This document shows, piece after piece, positions 25,131-37,880 of a stretch of 64,000 nt of DNA; position 1 is the first letter of the stretch; each line of letters opens with the position of its first letter. The stretch covers positions 1,139,500-1,203,499 of the forward strand of contig CM082587.2 of the NCBI GenBank assembly GCA_040954595.2, written 5' to 3'. This DNA is from Balanoglossus misakiensis (Eukaryota; Animalia; Hemichordata). A model generated the notes under the pieces. The model was given only the letters and a program-made list of their open reading frames with translations. It made no database searches and was not told the origin of the DNA. A program made the translations under genes and the position numbers.

Positions 25131-26144
25131 TTTGAATCATTTACTACGACGACGAGGGCGGGCGCATACCTCATAAAATATCTGTACTGGTCACGCCATG
25201 ATGTTGTAAATTCGATACAAGTGTTTTTATTATTTTCTAAAACAGTTCAATAAAGTAAAATCTCGTCTTCTCATGAAGTTTTTCAACTGGTGATCACTTA
25301 GCAACGCGAAAAGACTGGCAAGCGAAGCACAAGCAAGGCACTGGCAAGGGCGCCCTCTGGAATGGATTCAAGGCGGAAGTTATTCAAATTCAGAGACTTT
25401 TTAAAAACAGGTACTGGTGTGTCAATATAGAATTGATGATGTGTCTCTTTTGGTGTGGCTCGCTAAATCAGTGCGTGGCCCAGCTCATAGCATATTTACC
25501 TGTGAAGTCTTAAAACCTCTGACTTGTGCAGGCTTGCGGGAATTCGATTTCATTTTAACCGTTACAAGGTAAGTTGGCGATCGTTTCTTAAGACATAAGG
25601 CATGTTTTGACATGTAATATCATGCATGACAGTGATTTTCGATTGTGATCAACATGCTCCAGACACGCTGAAAAACAGTTAGCTATGTGGATCCAGGGTG
25701 GCTAATTATGCAGCTTGAACGTGGCACAGAATTCAACATTTGTTCCACGGTAATTAAATCTTAGATTGTAGGCCGAAATACATAATGAATGATGTGGACG
25801 TGGGGTGGGTGATCATTTATACAAGTCACCAAATGCAAACTTAAATGTGGTGGTTAGTTTTAATTTCAAAGAAATCAAGTGCATCTTGGGCAGGTGGCAG
25901 AGGAGACAGAGCTAAACGCCTTATGTTTTTAGTTTGTTTATGAATTAAGGAAATAAATATTTCTTTATTTTATTTAAAGTCGAAAGTCGAAAGGACGGTC
26001 ACCAACAGCGCCCTCAGTGGTAAAATCAAATTTTGTTGCTTTCTGATAAATGTTCAAGCCAGGTTTTAAAAGTTCATTATACATTTATAGATTATAAAAT
26101 TTTGTCCAGTTTCTCCTAATTTCCATTCTCATTTCAGTTGAAAG

Positions 26145-28416
26145 ATGACAATGCTGCCTCCAAAGGTGGATCTGATGGCTACATTAGCACAAATTCTGCT
26201 GGTGATGTGTTCATTGATGAAGTCTAGTACAGGCTTTGTTCTGGTGACTGCCGACTCTTTGGAGCTGAGTGTTGATCCCAACGGGTACATCATGTACTGC
26301 CCTTGTATGGGTAAGTAGACATATGATGAAGAAGAAAAGTCTAGAAAAGTTTTGAAGATAGAGAAGTTTAAAAAAAAATATTGTCATGAAAATATTACTA
26401 TTTTTCAGTCATGGATGATGTCTGATAAGTTTTTATGTGAAATTACAGCTTTTCCATTATTTGCTGTTCAGGTCGTTTTGGTAATCAAGCGGATCACTTT
26501 CTGGGAGCGCTAGGTTTTGCCAAAGCTCTGGATAGAACATTAATATTACCACCATGGATTGAATACCCTCCTTGGCCAGGCAGAGGGTCTGTAAGTATAT
26601 CCATTTTGTTCACAAAATCAATTGTCTTGACTGCAGGGACTTCCCTAAATCTTGTAACCTGAAATAACTTATCAGTACATCTCAGGATTTTAAATTGCAG
26701 TAATTAACCATATTTGTTGTTATTCACACTTTTTTTCAGAATCAAATTCCTTTTGATACCTATTTTAAAGTTGAGCCGTTGAAAGAATTCCACAGAGTTA
26801 TAACAATGGAGAAATTCATGAAAACACTTGCTCTGAAAATCTGGCCAATGGGTGAAAGGATTGGTAAGTCAGTGACTGTTATAATTGACCTTACAGTGGA
26901 TCAAAGTGTAAAAGGTCAATATTACATTATGAGTTTCTATTGGGTGTGCTTAACCTTCATTTAGCAGAACATGTTTTCATTGCTCACAGGATTCTGCTAC
27001 AGTTTTTCTAAAGACAAGAATGAATGTATGATGAAAGACGGCAATCCATTCGGACCATTCTGGGACAACTTTAACATCGACTTTGATTCTTATGAAAAGT
27101 ATGGACCAATGAGTTATGATACCAAAAGGCCAGGAATAAAAGAATTATGGGATGAAACGTAAGTTGATATAATGTGCCATTGGTGAATGGGTAAAGAACG
27201 TTTTTCAAATGGTATAGACTTGTCACAAATACTTATATGAAATAAAAAGTTACATGTTCTTCAATATGTGTAATTTATATTATTGTTGGTTTGTTATAGT
27301 TTTCCTTCTTCCAAGTATCCGGTACTTGCGTTTAGTGGTGCACCTGCCAGTTTTCCTGTCAACAGTCAAAACAAAGCTTTACACAAATATCTGACCTGGT
27401 CCACATTAATTGATAACCAAGCGAATGAGTTTATCAGTAATAACCTTCCTGAAGGTCCTTTTGTTGGAATTCATCTGAGGCATGGCAGTGACTGGGTAAG
27501 TTTCATTTTTGCATAGGCCTCTTCCCTTAATCTAAGAAAACTTGGATCAAACAGTTCGGTAGTAATTTATTTATCCTACTCATAATTGCAGAAGGCTGTA
27601 TTTTAAAAAGTGTTAGGGCTTCATGTTTGCGATTTTTATTTTCCCATTTCAGAAAAAAGCGTGCGACCATGTTCAGGAAGGCAGCACAGGCAGCCATATG
27701 TTTGCATCACCACAGTGTCTGGGTTACAAAAATGAATATGGTAAACTCACCTACGGAATATGTTTTCCGGCTGCGGAGGAAATTTTACGGAAAACCAAAA
27801 AAGCTGTCAAGAAAACCAAAGCCAAGGGAGTCTTCGTGGCAACGGATGATAAACCTTTGTTGACAGAACTGAGCAAAAGTTTAAAAAATCTCAAGGTGAG
27901 GTAGAAAGGATAGTTCTCTCATTTGCCACATTGTGAAATGATATTGAGGCGACTATATATAACATAGTGCTGTCATCAAATGTTATTGAACAGTGCCCTC
28001 TGTAGGTGGTATGCTTAGATTTCCAGGAATGTCTGTACCTGCAAACACCACACACAGCGTTGTGATATAAATAGAATTATAGTAAGTGCAGAGATTCTTG
28101 TGACATTTGAACTCGCATACTTTTGTACTTGTGTGAGTAACTCCCTATGAGTACGTTCCATTATTTGCCGATAATAGTAACATTGTGAGTATAAGATATT
28201 TTTGCTTCTTTCTCCCAATGTTTTCTGCAGGTAAAGGTTGTCCAAAGAACTCCAAAGGAACCTCACATTGACCTGGCAATATTGGCAAAATCTGATCTCT
28301 ATATTTGCAACTGTGTGTCGTCCTTCTCCTCGTTTGCTACCAGAGAACGAGAAGTCGCGGGAAAACCGACGTGGTTTTGGGGATTTGATGAAAAGACAAA
28401 AAAAGAGGAACTATGA
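26145..28416 (+). CDS. POFUT1: GDP-fucose protein O-fucosyltransferase 1, about 400 aa, 7 coding exons: 26145-26310, 26472-26590, 26740-26863, 26990-27158, 27300-27495, 27653-27895, 28231-28416
   Basis: Hydrophobic N-terminal signal region; [45 protein letters not shown] (catalytic Arg), FASPQC, VFVATD, NCVSSFS; C-terminal KEEL ER-retrieval signal. Confidence 0.97.
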
Positions 28417-29706
28417 AAACATCTAAAACAGTCCAGATGCAACATACTGATTATTTATGTACGTTCAACAAAATAGCAGAAGTGCTCAGCTCTAGGAAGA
28501 AGTGTTACAAAAAAATGACTTCCTGTTTGTATCGTTTCAATAATTTTTCAGTCCAAGTCTTCTCAAACTGTACATAAAGTGTGTGTGGAAATACTCATTT
28601 TTTAAAACGATCACAAATATCCAAAGCGTATTATCTGTTCATTATCTGGCCGTGGTGACCAGAACAAAAATGCGAAGCATTCACTATAAAAGGTCACAAT
28701 TAAAGTATTTTAGGAGAGCTATCAAAAGTTGAGTTTTATCAACTTCCTGTGTTTGCAATGATGACAAATGTCTTAATCCTCACTCAGCATTACAAAATGT
28801 CCAGTCTTGACTTAGAAAAGGAGTGACTCACTTGTTGATGATTTCAAATGATAACACAGTGTCATTTCAAATAGTATGTCTGTTAATCACGTAACAAAAT
28901 GATGTCAATCTATGTTGTTGTTTGTCTTTACAATTAGTCAGCAAAAGCTGAAATTTGAACAAATAAAGATAATGTCAGGTGAAACAGGTGCATCCTGTGA
29001 CCAAAAATATTTTCTTTTTTGAGTCATTATTGATATTTCCGAGAATTTGCCAAAATCAGATATTTTCATGGAAACATTAAGACCTTTTTTATACCAAAAA
29101 TATTTAAAGAGGATTCCAGTATGTTATCTGTCTTGAGCCAGAGTTAAAATGATATGGAGTAAATTGTTGAAGGTCAAGGTTAAGGTACATGGACTTCTCA
29201 TTAATCATTGATTGATAATTGCTGATACATGATTTTTATTCCCAATATGTCAGTTTAGTGGGGGGAAATGCAGTCTGTGAATTTCTCACACCATGTGATC
29301 TCTGTGGAATTTGTTTCCAAGGCTATATTTGGGAATCACACAGAATCGCAGATGAAAGAAAAATTGAATTAAACACTTAATACAAAATGAGCCAATGATG
29401 CATCCTTATAGGCATGTCTGAGTAATCATGTGATCAAACGTGGCCACTTTGTACAAGACAGAAAATGCTTGAAACAGGAAATGACAAACTGAGTATGAAT
29501 GATGCAATCAATGCTTATGAACGATATGTTTTGTTTCACAACCTCATCTGATTTGTAAAGGTCAAAGTATGTAAGCCACACAAATTGATAAATGCTCCAT
29601 GATTGATATTTCCAGGCCCACAGTAGCTGTATATGATTTTGATTCATATTTCCATTACTTGTACACAAAAGATGCCCATGTAAAGAAAAAGCTTTCTTTT
29701 TCTTCA

Positions 29707-29734
29707 TGAATGAATGAATGAATGAATGAATGAA
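29707..29734. repeat. (TGAA)7 microsatellite in the probable POFUT1 3'UTR
   Basis: Read directly. Confidence 0.9.
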
Positions 29735-31139
29735 AAACGAACAGGTTACCCTACATTGATTGATATGGTGGTTTTGATACATAGCACAGATAAAGGAAAA
29801 ATTTGTTAGCTAAAAATAACCCAGTACAAATGATCTGTAGAACCTTGACTTACAATGGGGACCTCATCAAATCCACTTGTCCAACCTTGAACTTTAGGTT
29901 GAACTTGAATTATAATGACATTGACCGGGCCTTTGATACAATATAGGCCACTGTCACACCTCAGTAATTTGAGTATTATATCCATATGGTGACCCCTCTC
30001 AGACAGAGTTTCACCAAGCCAGATGTAAAAAATAATGATAGAAACATGTCAATATTAAATGACACTTCTTTTCCTCAGCTTATTTCAGACACCTTTGTGT
30101 TGTAAAATGCTAGTAACAGGGAATTTGATTGTAATAATTTATTCACACATTTTTTCACTTCTTTTTCCATTTATCATTTCATGAATAGAGCTAACCTGTC
30201 TTATTTTATGTCTTGGGTTTTATATTTTATTGATTACATATGATATGGATTATCAAACGAATAAATTATTATTAATATTATTATTATAACAGGTTGAGTT
30301 ATTTATATTTTTTATTATTATACAGGAAAAATATTTGATAAGATATACGAAGGTCAAAATTATGAATAGGGCACACTACATTATTTCATGATTTGTGCAC
30401 GTCTTCCATAATTATTCAGGGACCTCCAATCGCTTTATAGTCAGTATTTGCAGGTAAAGTCTTGATGCCTTTGTTTTTGACATTTGAAAAAGCGGCATGA
30501 ATATTAGAGATATGTATTACTCCTTTAAATAGAATTGGCTGCTTCTATATTTAGATTAATTAGTAACCATTTTTATAGTTGGGACCACCCTAGCTGATGA
30601 CATCGTTTGTCTACACATGATGAAGGCGTTTGCAGTTTCGAGACGCCTGCATGCAGTGGGGCTTGCAAACCACCCATCTAGAGAGGCCATAATTTGAAGG
30701 AAAATAGATGGATGAAAAATAAGAATATGACTGTGAACCCGAGAAAACCGGTTTCTAGACGATTGTAGAAGCCAGGCCTAGAAACGTGACTGCCTTATGC
30801 AGGCGATATTATGAGAACGTCCTCGCTTACACTGTCGGTGGCCTTGCCGTGTCAAAGCAGCGTTGTGCACGATTCAAGGTCGTTCGAAAGAAGTGAGGTT
30901 ATCTTATTCTGGGTTCAAACACTCGTTCTTTTCAGGCCTTCCTGGATTTACGTGTGCCAAATCATTGTGTTATTGGGTCTATAAGATGCCACGCGAGAAT
31001 TCCGGATTATCGAATATTTCCTTAAAAACTCATAGCCTCAATATCTTTGGCATCCATCATCAACATCACTGATGAAATATGTGACTTTTACATTTTAACA
31101 TTCATTTTACTGGCATCCATGAGTGCCCAGCACGTTTCT

Positions 31140-31720
31140 TATATGTTACGTCACATTGCATCATAACCTGCATCCCTCTTCCTTTCTGGGGGTCATTAAT
31201 GAGGCACTCTTTTATCGTTTTTACCCTCGTGTGTGGACTGTTGACGTGTCCTTTTATAACCATGTTGGATTTTCGCGCCACGGTCGAGCTGCCCACTCTG
31301 GTGTAAGCCACCTTTGGCCCGCCTTCAACTCTCTTCCATATTTGGAAAAGGCATTTGTGGTATGTACGCTAACTTCGGAGAAGCGGGAGTAGGAAGGCCG
31401 CTCCACTCGATAGTACAATGAATCATGCGACCCCGGCGACAGAACGTGCAAGAATCTTTTGTTCTCTCGCCTTGACAACACTGTTTACTATTTATTTGAG
31501 CAGTGACGTATTCACATACGATGTAGCCGTGTCGCTCCGTGGATGACGTGGGCATAGTTGTGCTGTCCTATGTGATTGGCTGCTGATAGTGACGTAGGCG
31601 GGAAAATTAGCATTTGTATGATTATGTATGCTAATGAGAGAGTGTCGTATTTTCCCTCCATTCTGATTGGATGCTTTATATAGGAGTTGACGTCACGCTC
31701 CCTCAAAGTGTAAAATCCGT
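31140..31720 (+). promoter_or_regulatory. Immediate-early-type promoter: CArG/SRE, several CRE/ATF sites, two inverted CCAAT boxes
   Basis: CCATATTTGG 31336-31345; TTACGTCA 31146; TGACGT at 31504, 31544 and 31590; perfect TGACGTCA 31688-31695; ATTGG at 31575 and 31666. Confidence 0.7.
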
Positions 31721-31913
31721 TACGATTGCAGTGCACTTTATTTCGAACACGCCATTCAGAGAGCTTACGCAACGGGACTCTCTCCACATTTTGGCGTGAA
31801 TCTGACCAAAACACTCAATCTACACCGAAACTTCACCTCAAGAAGGTGTGAATAACTGTACTCTACAACCCATCCGGATCTCGTAGCAGCCTCAGACCAA
31901 CTTACCGAGAAAA

Positions 31914-32762
31914 ATGGCTGTGGATGCACAAAGGCTGATCAGCGTATCGTTTGGCAAGATCGCAACGTACCGTAAACAACGTGGCGGACTCAATCTACGT
32001 AAGAATTTACTAGTTTCTTATGTTATCCACAACGCCAGGACGGCAATATATGAAACCATGTATGGAATCCAGCGTCGCCAAGAACAATATGAAAATGAAG
32101 ATCGCGAAATGGATCTAGATTGTACCGAAGAAGACGATGAAACGGAAAAGCCGGCATGGGATGACGCTGAAAACAATGACGATGACAAATCAATCCAGGA
32201 GCCGGAAACGGCGCGAAAATATGGACAAGAGATACACAATGAGATCGAAGAGGCCGTTGATGACGATAAAGAAAACAGCGTGGTGAGCGATTTCCCGAGT
32301 GAAGATAAAGAAAATTGTGAGACCGACAAATCTCAAAAGGTGGACAATTGTTGCCACGATCGTCGAGTTCTAGGCGAGGTGGCACAAGTACCAAGCTCGT
32401 GCTCCCAGACATGTTGTAACAAGCGTAAACGAACCGAACTCGAGGAAGCATGTGAATCGATCTCGCCGAAACGGTGCAAGTTCGACTCAGAGGATAGTTC
32501 AGAAACTGTAACTGTTGAACAGACACAAATTTCAACCCTTGTATCAAGGTTCAATACCGGTTTGTCCAGTTTGGCGGACAGGGTAAACAACACTGACTCA
32601 TTGTCGTCTGAATCAAGCTCCACCCGGAACCAAAGGGTCGCCTCGTGTTTGACTCACGGCAGCTCCACCCAAATCAACACGCCGCACCATTTACAGTGTT
32701 TATCGGCGTCGACTGGCGTGAAAAGGTTAGAGAACTGGGCGCGACCAATCGAAGCTTTCTAA
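31914..32762 (+). CDS. IER5: Immediate early response protein, IER2/IER5/IER5L family, 282 aa, intronless
   Basis: N-terminal IER domain AQRLISVSFGKIATYRKQRGGLNLRKNLLVSYVIHNAR; acidic middle; basic NLS-like KRKR...PKRCK; C-terminal QISTLVSRFNTGLSSL and WARPIEAF, resembling vertebrate IER5-family ends. The symbol denotes the family; this is probably a pro-ortholog of IER2/5/5L. Confidence 0.92.
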   Translation: MAVDAQRLISVSFGKIATYRKQRGGLNLRKNLLVSYVIHNARTAIYETMYGIQRRQEQYENEDREMDLDCTEEDDETEKPAWDDAENNDDDKSIQEPETARKYGQEIHNEIEEAVDDDKENSVVSDFPSEDKENCETDKSQKVDNCCHDRRVLGEVAQVPSSCSQTCCNKRKRTELEEACESISPKRCKFDSEDSSETVTVEQTQISTLVSRFNTGLSSLADRVNNTDSLSSESSSTRNQRVASCLTHGSSTQINTPHHLQCLSASTGVKRLENWARPIEAF

Positions 32763-33074
32763 TCTGCGACGAAAATCGTAGGCTGAAAGTAATTCAAAGA
32801 ACGAACCGCTCCAGATCTTTTTATAGTAACAATGTTACGCTGAACAGTTACTATGTACAATGGACGTACTTCCTTCAATACCCAATCACGATCACTGCCA
32901 CGAGATGTGTGCCAAATGAAAACATCATCATTTGGACACTTTTCCACGTGCTACTGAAATCACAGTAAATGGAAAATTGGCGAATTGTTGGTTCCAGCAT
33001 GGACGTAAAAAGAGAAGGACTTAGGACTGTCCATTGAGCTATTGTTCAGGTGATGGTTGCCGCCGCTCCGTTAT

Positions 33075-33175
33075 CTCCTAATACTCCGTAATACTTTAAT
33101 CGGATAATACCCGTAATTTATTCAAGAGTGGGTTCGGGTACTATATTCGGTACTGTTCGGGTGTTTCCGTTGGAG
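33075..33175 (+). other. Long GU-rich RNA stem-loop in the probable IER 3'UTR
   Basis: Manual fold: TACCCG/CGGGTA, AATTTATT/AGTGGGTT, ATCGGATA/TATTCGGT, AATA/TGTT, CCG/CGG, AATAC/GTGTT, CTCC/GGAG. Confidence 0.55.
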
Positions 33176-33445
33176 TCAAGTGATCATATAAACATCAGGC
33201 TGCATGGAACGCGCATGTGCGTGACCTTTGACTTTGAACCATCGAGGAGATTTGGCCCGTATGCACCAAATCTACGCTGAAAAAAACATGAATTGCGTCT
33301 TTGGCCAAGCTGGTAGCTCTTGTCATGTAGTCCACAAATTACAACATACATTAAAGGTTTTATGCCGATCGAACAGATATTGTAGGCACCGTTTGGTTTA
33401 CCGGCAATTCCACTCGAAGTCGACGATTGTGGACGCGATCATTTA

Positions 33446-33885
33446 ACGTGTAATCCTATGGCGATAAAGTAACCGCACATCGCGAAAATGGGCAAAATCC
33501 GAACGTGGATAGCGAAAATGGCCATGTGCTTCTGCCTATAAGACGCACATTTTCTGAAAGTTTATTGCTTCGTCTCCACTTTACTGCAAAAATTAGACGT
33601 AGGACCCTTGTACTTTTAACGTGAGAGTGATTTTAAAATGTCTTGTTTTTGAAAATGCTTTGATGGTTTACGTGTAATCCTATGGCGATAGAGTAACCGC
33701 ACTTCGCGAAAATTGGCAAAATCCGAACGTGGATAGCGAAAATGGCCATGTGCTCCTGCATATAAGACGCACATTTTCTGAAAGTTTATTGCTTCGTCTC
33801 CTCTTAAATGCAAAAATTAGACGTAGGACCCTTGAACTTTTAAAGTGAGAGTGATTTTAAAATGTCTTGTTTTTTTAGCATGCTT
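33446..33885. repeat. Two-copy tandem duplication, period 224 bp, downstream of IER
   Basis: acgtgtaatcctatggcgata...gtgagagtgattttaaaatgtcttgttttt starts at 33446 and 33670, with only scattered substitutions. Confidence 0.92.
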
Positions 33886-35744
33886 ATAAAGATCGGTTCG
33901 CCATTTGGTCAAATATGCGTCGACTTTTTCTGTTTTCACTTCTTTATGTCCGTTACATCGAGACAAAAAAATGGTGATAATTTTACAGTAATTTACCACT
34001 TCTTTGTGACTTAAACAGCAAGTTTTCGTGAGTACTGCTGAGAGTACCCGAGGGGGTGTGTCACTGCGTACGTTGACACCGGCAACGGTCACCCAACGTC
34101 AAAGGACAGCGTAGACAAAGCGAATACAATAGGTGTGAATGGGCTTAAGCGGCAGTCCTAAGTCCTTCTCTTTTTTACGTCCATGGTTCCAGGAAGTCGG
34201 CGCGGTGACGAAAAAAGTGCATATTATGGGCGGAAGTGACGCATTCTTATGTTGGCCTCCGCCCTGCCTTGTGTGGGACACAGACATTGATCAGGACTAA
34301 GAACAGTAACGTCACGGCTTTCTATTTCATCCCCCTTGTATAAATCTCAGATCAGACAAGCGATTCTTTCAAGTTTCGTCACAAGTGAAAGGGATATAGT
34401 TCGCCCTTTATATAGTAAAGGTCATTTAGGCATTTGACCTCTGAAGATGTGAAACCCCAGTACAGTGACGTCAAAGGTGCCCCACGATTCATATCTGACT
34501 TTCAACATATTACAATACAAAGAAAACTCGTAGGCACTGTGTTTGAGGTCACATCGCATTCCATTATTGCGACAGTCTGTATGTGCATAAACGTTTTCTC
34601 CTCTTTTTACAATTTGCAATGTTATCGTAAGCATTTTTACGTCTCCTTCATGCGAAGTTTTTGTGTAAATGGTAAATTTGTTTTGATAAAATTTTGCCTG
34701 GTAGATATTGAACAGATATCTGCTTTTGTTATCTCAGAGGACAGAAAAAGAGATTTTATTCTAAATGCATTTTACCGTCACGGGCTAAAGCAAACGACAC
34801 TTGCCTTCAGTTACCAGCACAGTCTCTGGCTGTGCAATGTAAGATAGGAGATTTTCTGTGTACAGTAACAATACATTTTAGCATAGACTGACCAACTATT
34901 GTACAGAGAGAAATATTTATTATGTGAGAGTTTTCCAGACCTCAGTTTTTTTATTGGAAAACTGCGATGGATTCTATAAAGTGACTTTAATATTAAAAGT
35001 AAAACCCGTATGACGCGGGTGAAAGAAATTTATGTCTGAGCTATTGTTTGTTTCCAGCGAGTGTGACGTAATCATGCGTGGTGGTTATTTACATACGAAT
35101 GGTATGCTTGGGCGAGATGTGCGTGCGTGCATTGTCTTTTCATTCTGGGCAAAAGACCAACCACTGCGTCGTTTGAACGCCCTTTGTGCTATGCTATGTA
35201 AACGCCCATGAATTCCAGGGATACATTATCAGTATTTAAATTTCCAAAAATAATCTTCCGCCTTGACCCGAATGACTCCCTTACGCACACTGCAATGCTG
35301 TGTCACGTTGCAGGGGTATGACTCATGACGCACTTGTTTGATATCATCGCAACGATTTTATACATGATTTACATATATTACTGTATTCTTATTATAGAAA
35401 TAATATCTACTAAAACATGCACATTTAAATCCCAGCCCGGGGGGTATCAAAACATTTGACTCTACAATGTTGTAGACCTTGGACATGGCAGAATCTTTGT
35501 GGCCGAGTATGGGAAGGCAAGATCTGAATGATGAAAATGCCCCATCAGCCAAAACAAAACTGTTGTGACTTCAGGGGAGCACTGACGTCTTGTTGTGTGA
35601 CCACACAAATTGTACAACGTGCGAACAACGCCCGCCATTCCATGTGATGACGCAGATTTTTTTTGTGTACTCAAAAGGTCGTGCGAAATGAGTATGTCAT
35701 CAATGAATCACGCAATATCTAATAGGCGCTGAGTTGAGTTAGGC

Positions 35745-35836
35745 GGAAAAACCTGAAATTTCCCCCAAGCGATATGCGGAAGTCCCATTTTCACTTTGGT
35801 TCTACCTGGGAAATTCCCTTCAGTGGTATACGTCAC
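35745..35836. promoter_or_regulatory. NF-kB/IRF/CRE motif cluster (candidate enhancer)
   Basis: GAAATTTCCCCC 35755-35766, CGGAAGTCCC 35777-35786, TTTTCACTTT 35788-35797, GGGAAATTCCC 35808-35818, TACGTCA about 35829. Confidence 0.4.
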
Positions 35837-37880
35837 TGGTTTTGGAGAAGCGTGCCTTCAAAGAAGTGGTATTTACGTGCGCAATCTGGGGCTCCTGTTA
35901 TCGCGGTCACGTGACACTGCAGGGTTTAATAGTTTACCCGAGTGAAATCTTTTCCCGATCTCAAGGTCGCTGATTGCAGCGTGTGGTCTCATGCGATCGC
36001 ATGACGCAGCGTATATAGAAAATAGCAAAAATTTACACATTTAGAGTAAACCCGAGAAAAGGGACAATATTACACAGTAAGCTTATCATAGGAAACAAGG
36101 GACAGCTATACAAATCAAAATATAACACAGACCTCCAGTATTTGGATTTGATAGGATTTGACATTATTATGTTACCATAGCAACTCTTTACAGTTTACCG
36201 CCCTTCGCCTACGACCGTGGCATGGGTTGGTACCAATCTCCCTAAGCAACCTGGGTTATCTTTTGCTATTCCTTTGCGGCTTTTCTTGCGCGGAAAGAGA
36301 GAAATTATACATTTCCTGTAATGCCTTTGTCGTTAGTTGTCAATGCTGTCTTTGCAAATCTCGTTCTGTGAAATTTTAATGGACAGTTGGCACAATCATC
36401 AACTCAAGGTCGGTGCGCCCCGGTAATCATTTGACCTCGCAAGCACGACTCGGACGGACAAGTCACCGCGCACGGAAAAGTATTTATATTACTCTGTCTA
36501 GAAATAGAACGCACATTTTATCATATCATCGAGAAGAGTTTACCGGGCCCACTGGTGCGCGTGCGTGGAGAGACCGTGCTGTTCATGTCGGGTCAATCTC
36601 AGGGAATCATTTCATGAACTCTACAATGTCGTGCCAAGGTTTGTCCTTGACAGGGGATGGCCCTTTTTCGACAGAATTTACTGTAAAATATTAAATATCT
36701 CGCACAGACGAGAAAATTCAAAATTAACAATGTAAAATATCACCCCAGAAAGAGGGACACCGTGTTTAATTGTAATAGTGTGTTGGTTTGTTGCCATGGT
36801 GATATTACATGTATCACAAATAGGGAATATCTCTCTTCCTTTTATTTGCCACGAACGACCTTCCAAAATTAGGTCGTCGGAACATCAAATAGGTGAAAAA
36901 TCGACGTCTGTTCGCTCTTAGTTTCACGATTCAGCCTTACAGATTTTTTGTATCGACCAAGGAAATGTTTTACTCGAAGTAAAATCAAGACACTCGACAT
37001 ATGTCGGGTATTGACTTGTGCAGCGTATATATATAGTTCTTATATCGATAATGTGATCGATCATATTGGGTGAGCGAGGTCCTTCACTGTCTGTTGTTCC
37101 GTTATCCTACAAGCGATAGTCAAAAACAACAGGATGTGATGATGTACCCATCACTCCTGGGGTAAGGGAGAAGCACCATGGCCATGCGCAGGTCAGGTAG
37201 TCTTTCCTCCCACGGTACCGGTATCATCGTCCGCTGTACCACCATGAACTTGAATCACGTCCGTCACGGTGTGTAGCGACGCGACCTTGATGTTGCCGCT
37301 GAACCCACACTGTAACCCTGACCGTGCGCAGAAACACCGGTTGCATTGTCTACACCATAGGCGATCGCCGAATTTCCCACGTGACTGTGGTCTACATCGT
37401 ACCCATTAATATTGACCTGAAACCCCAACCAGACCGCCATTACGTGGGAGATAGTTCGTTTTCCTTCCGATGTGGCACGTGACAGGATAATGTCACCTTG
37501 GTGACTAGACTAGTCTTCTTTTAATATCACTTGAAGTCTTGAGAAAGTATTGCACGGAGCCCGGATGTCACCGAGAGGCTACACGCAGGATACCGTCGTC
37601 AAGGTTACCTCGCAGGGACCACATGTGTCGACAGCTTGTCACCTGTGGTGATCGACGATAAAAATATCGTTTTAAAAATGGTGTAATTCTAAATAATTCC
37701 AACCATTTTACACAGATAGCGACGATACTGTCGGCTGACCAGCAATAGAAGATTTATTCAAACAGAAACATTATCGCAGAAGGATGGAACTTGTATATAT
37801 TTTGCAATGGGGTCACTCAGGAGGACACGACCCGAGGAGGGTTACGTCTTGTCTTGAGTAAACAATTACTTGAAATAACA

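Noticed and set aside
33079-33100. TAATACT repeats in the IER hairpin as miR-8/miR-200 family
   Set aside because: Only the first seven bases match; the rest does not resemble the known mature sequences.
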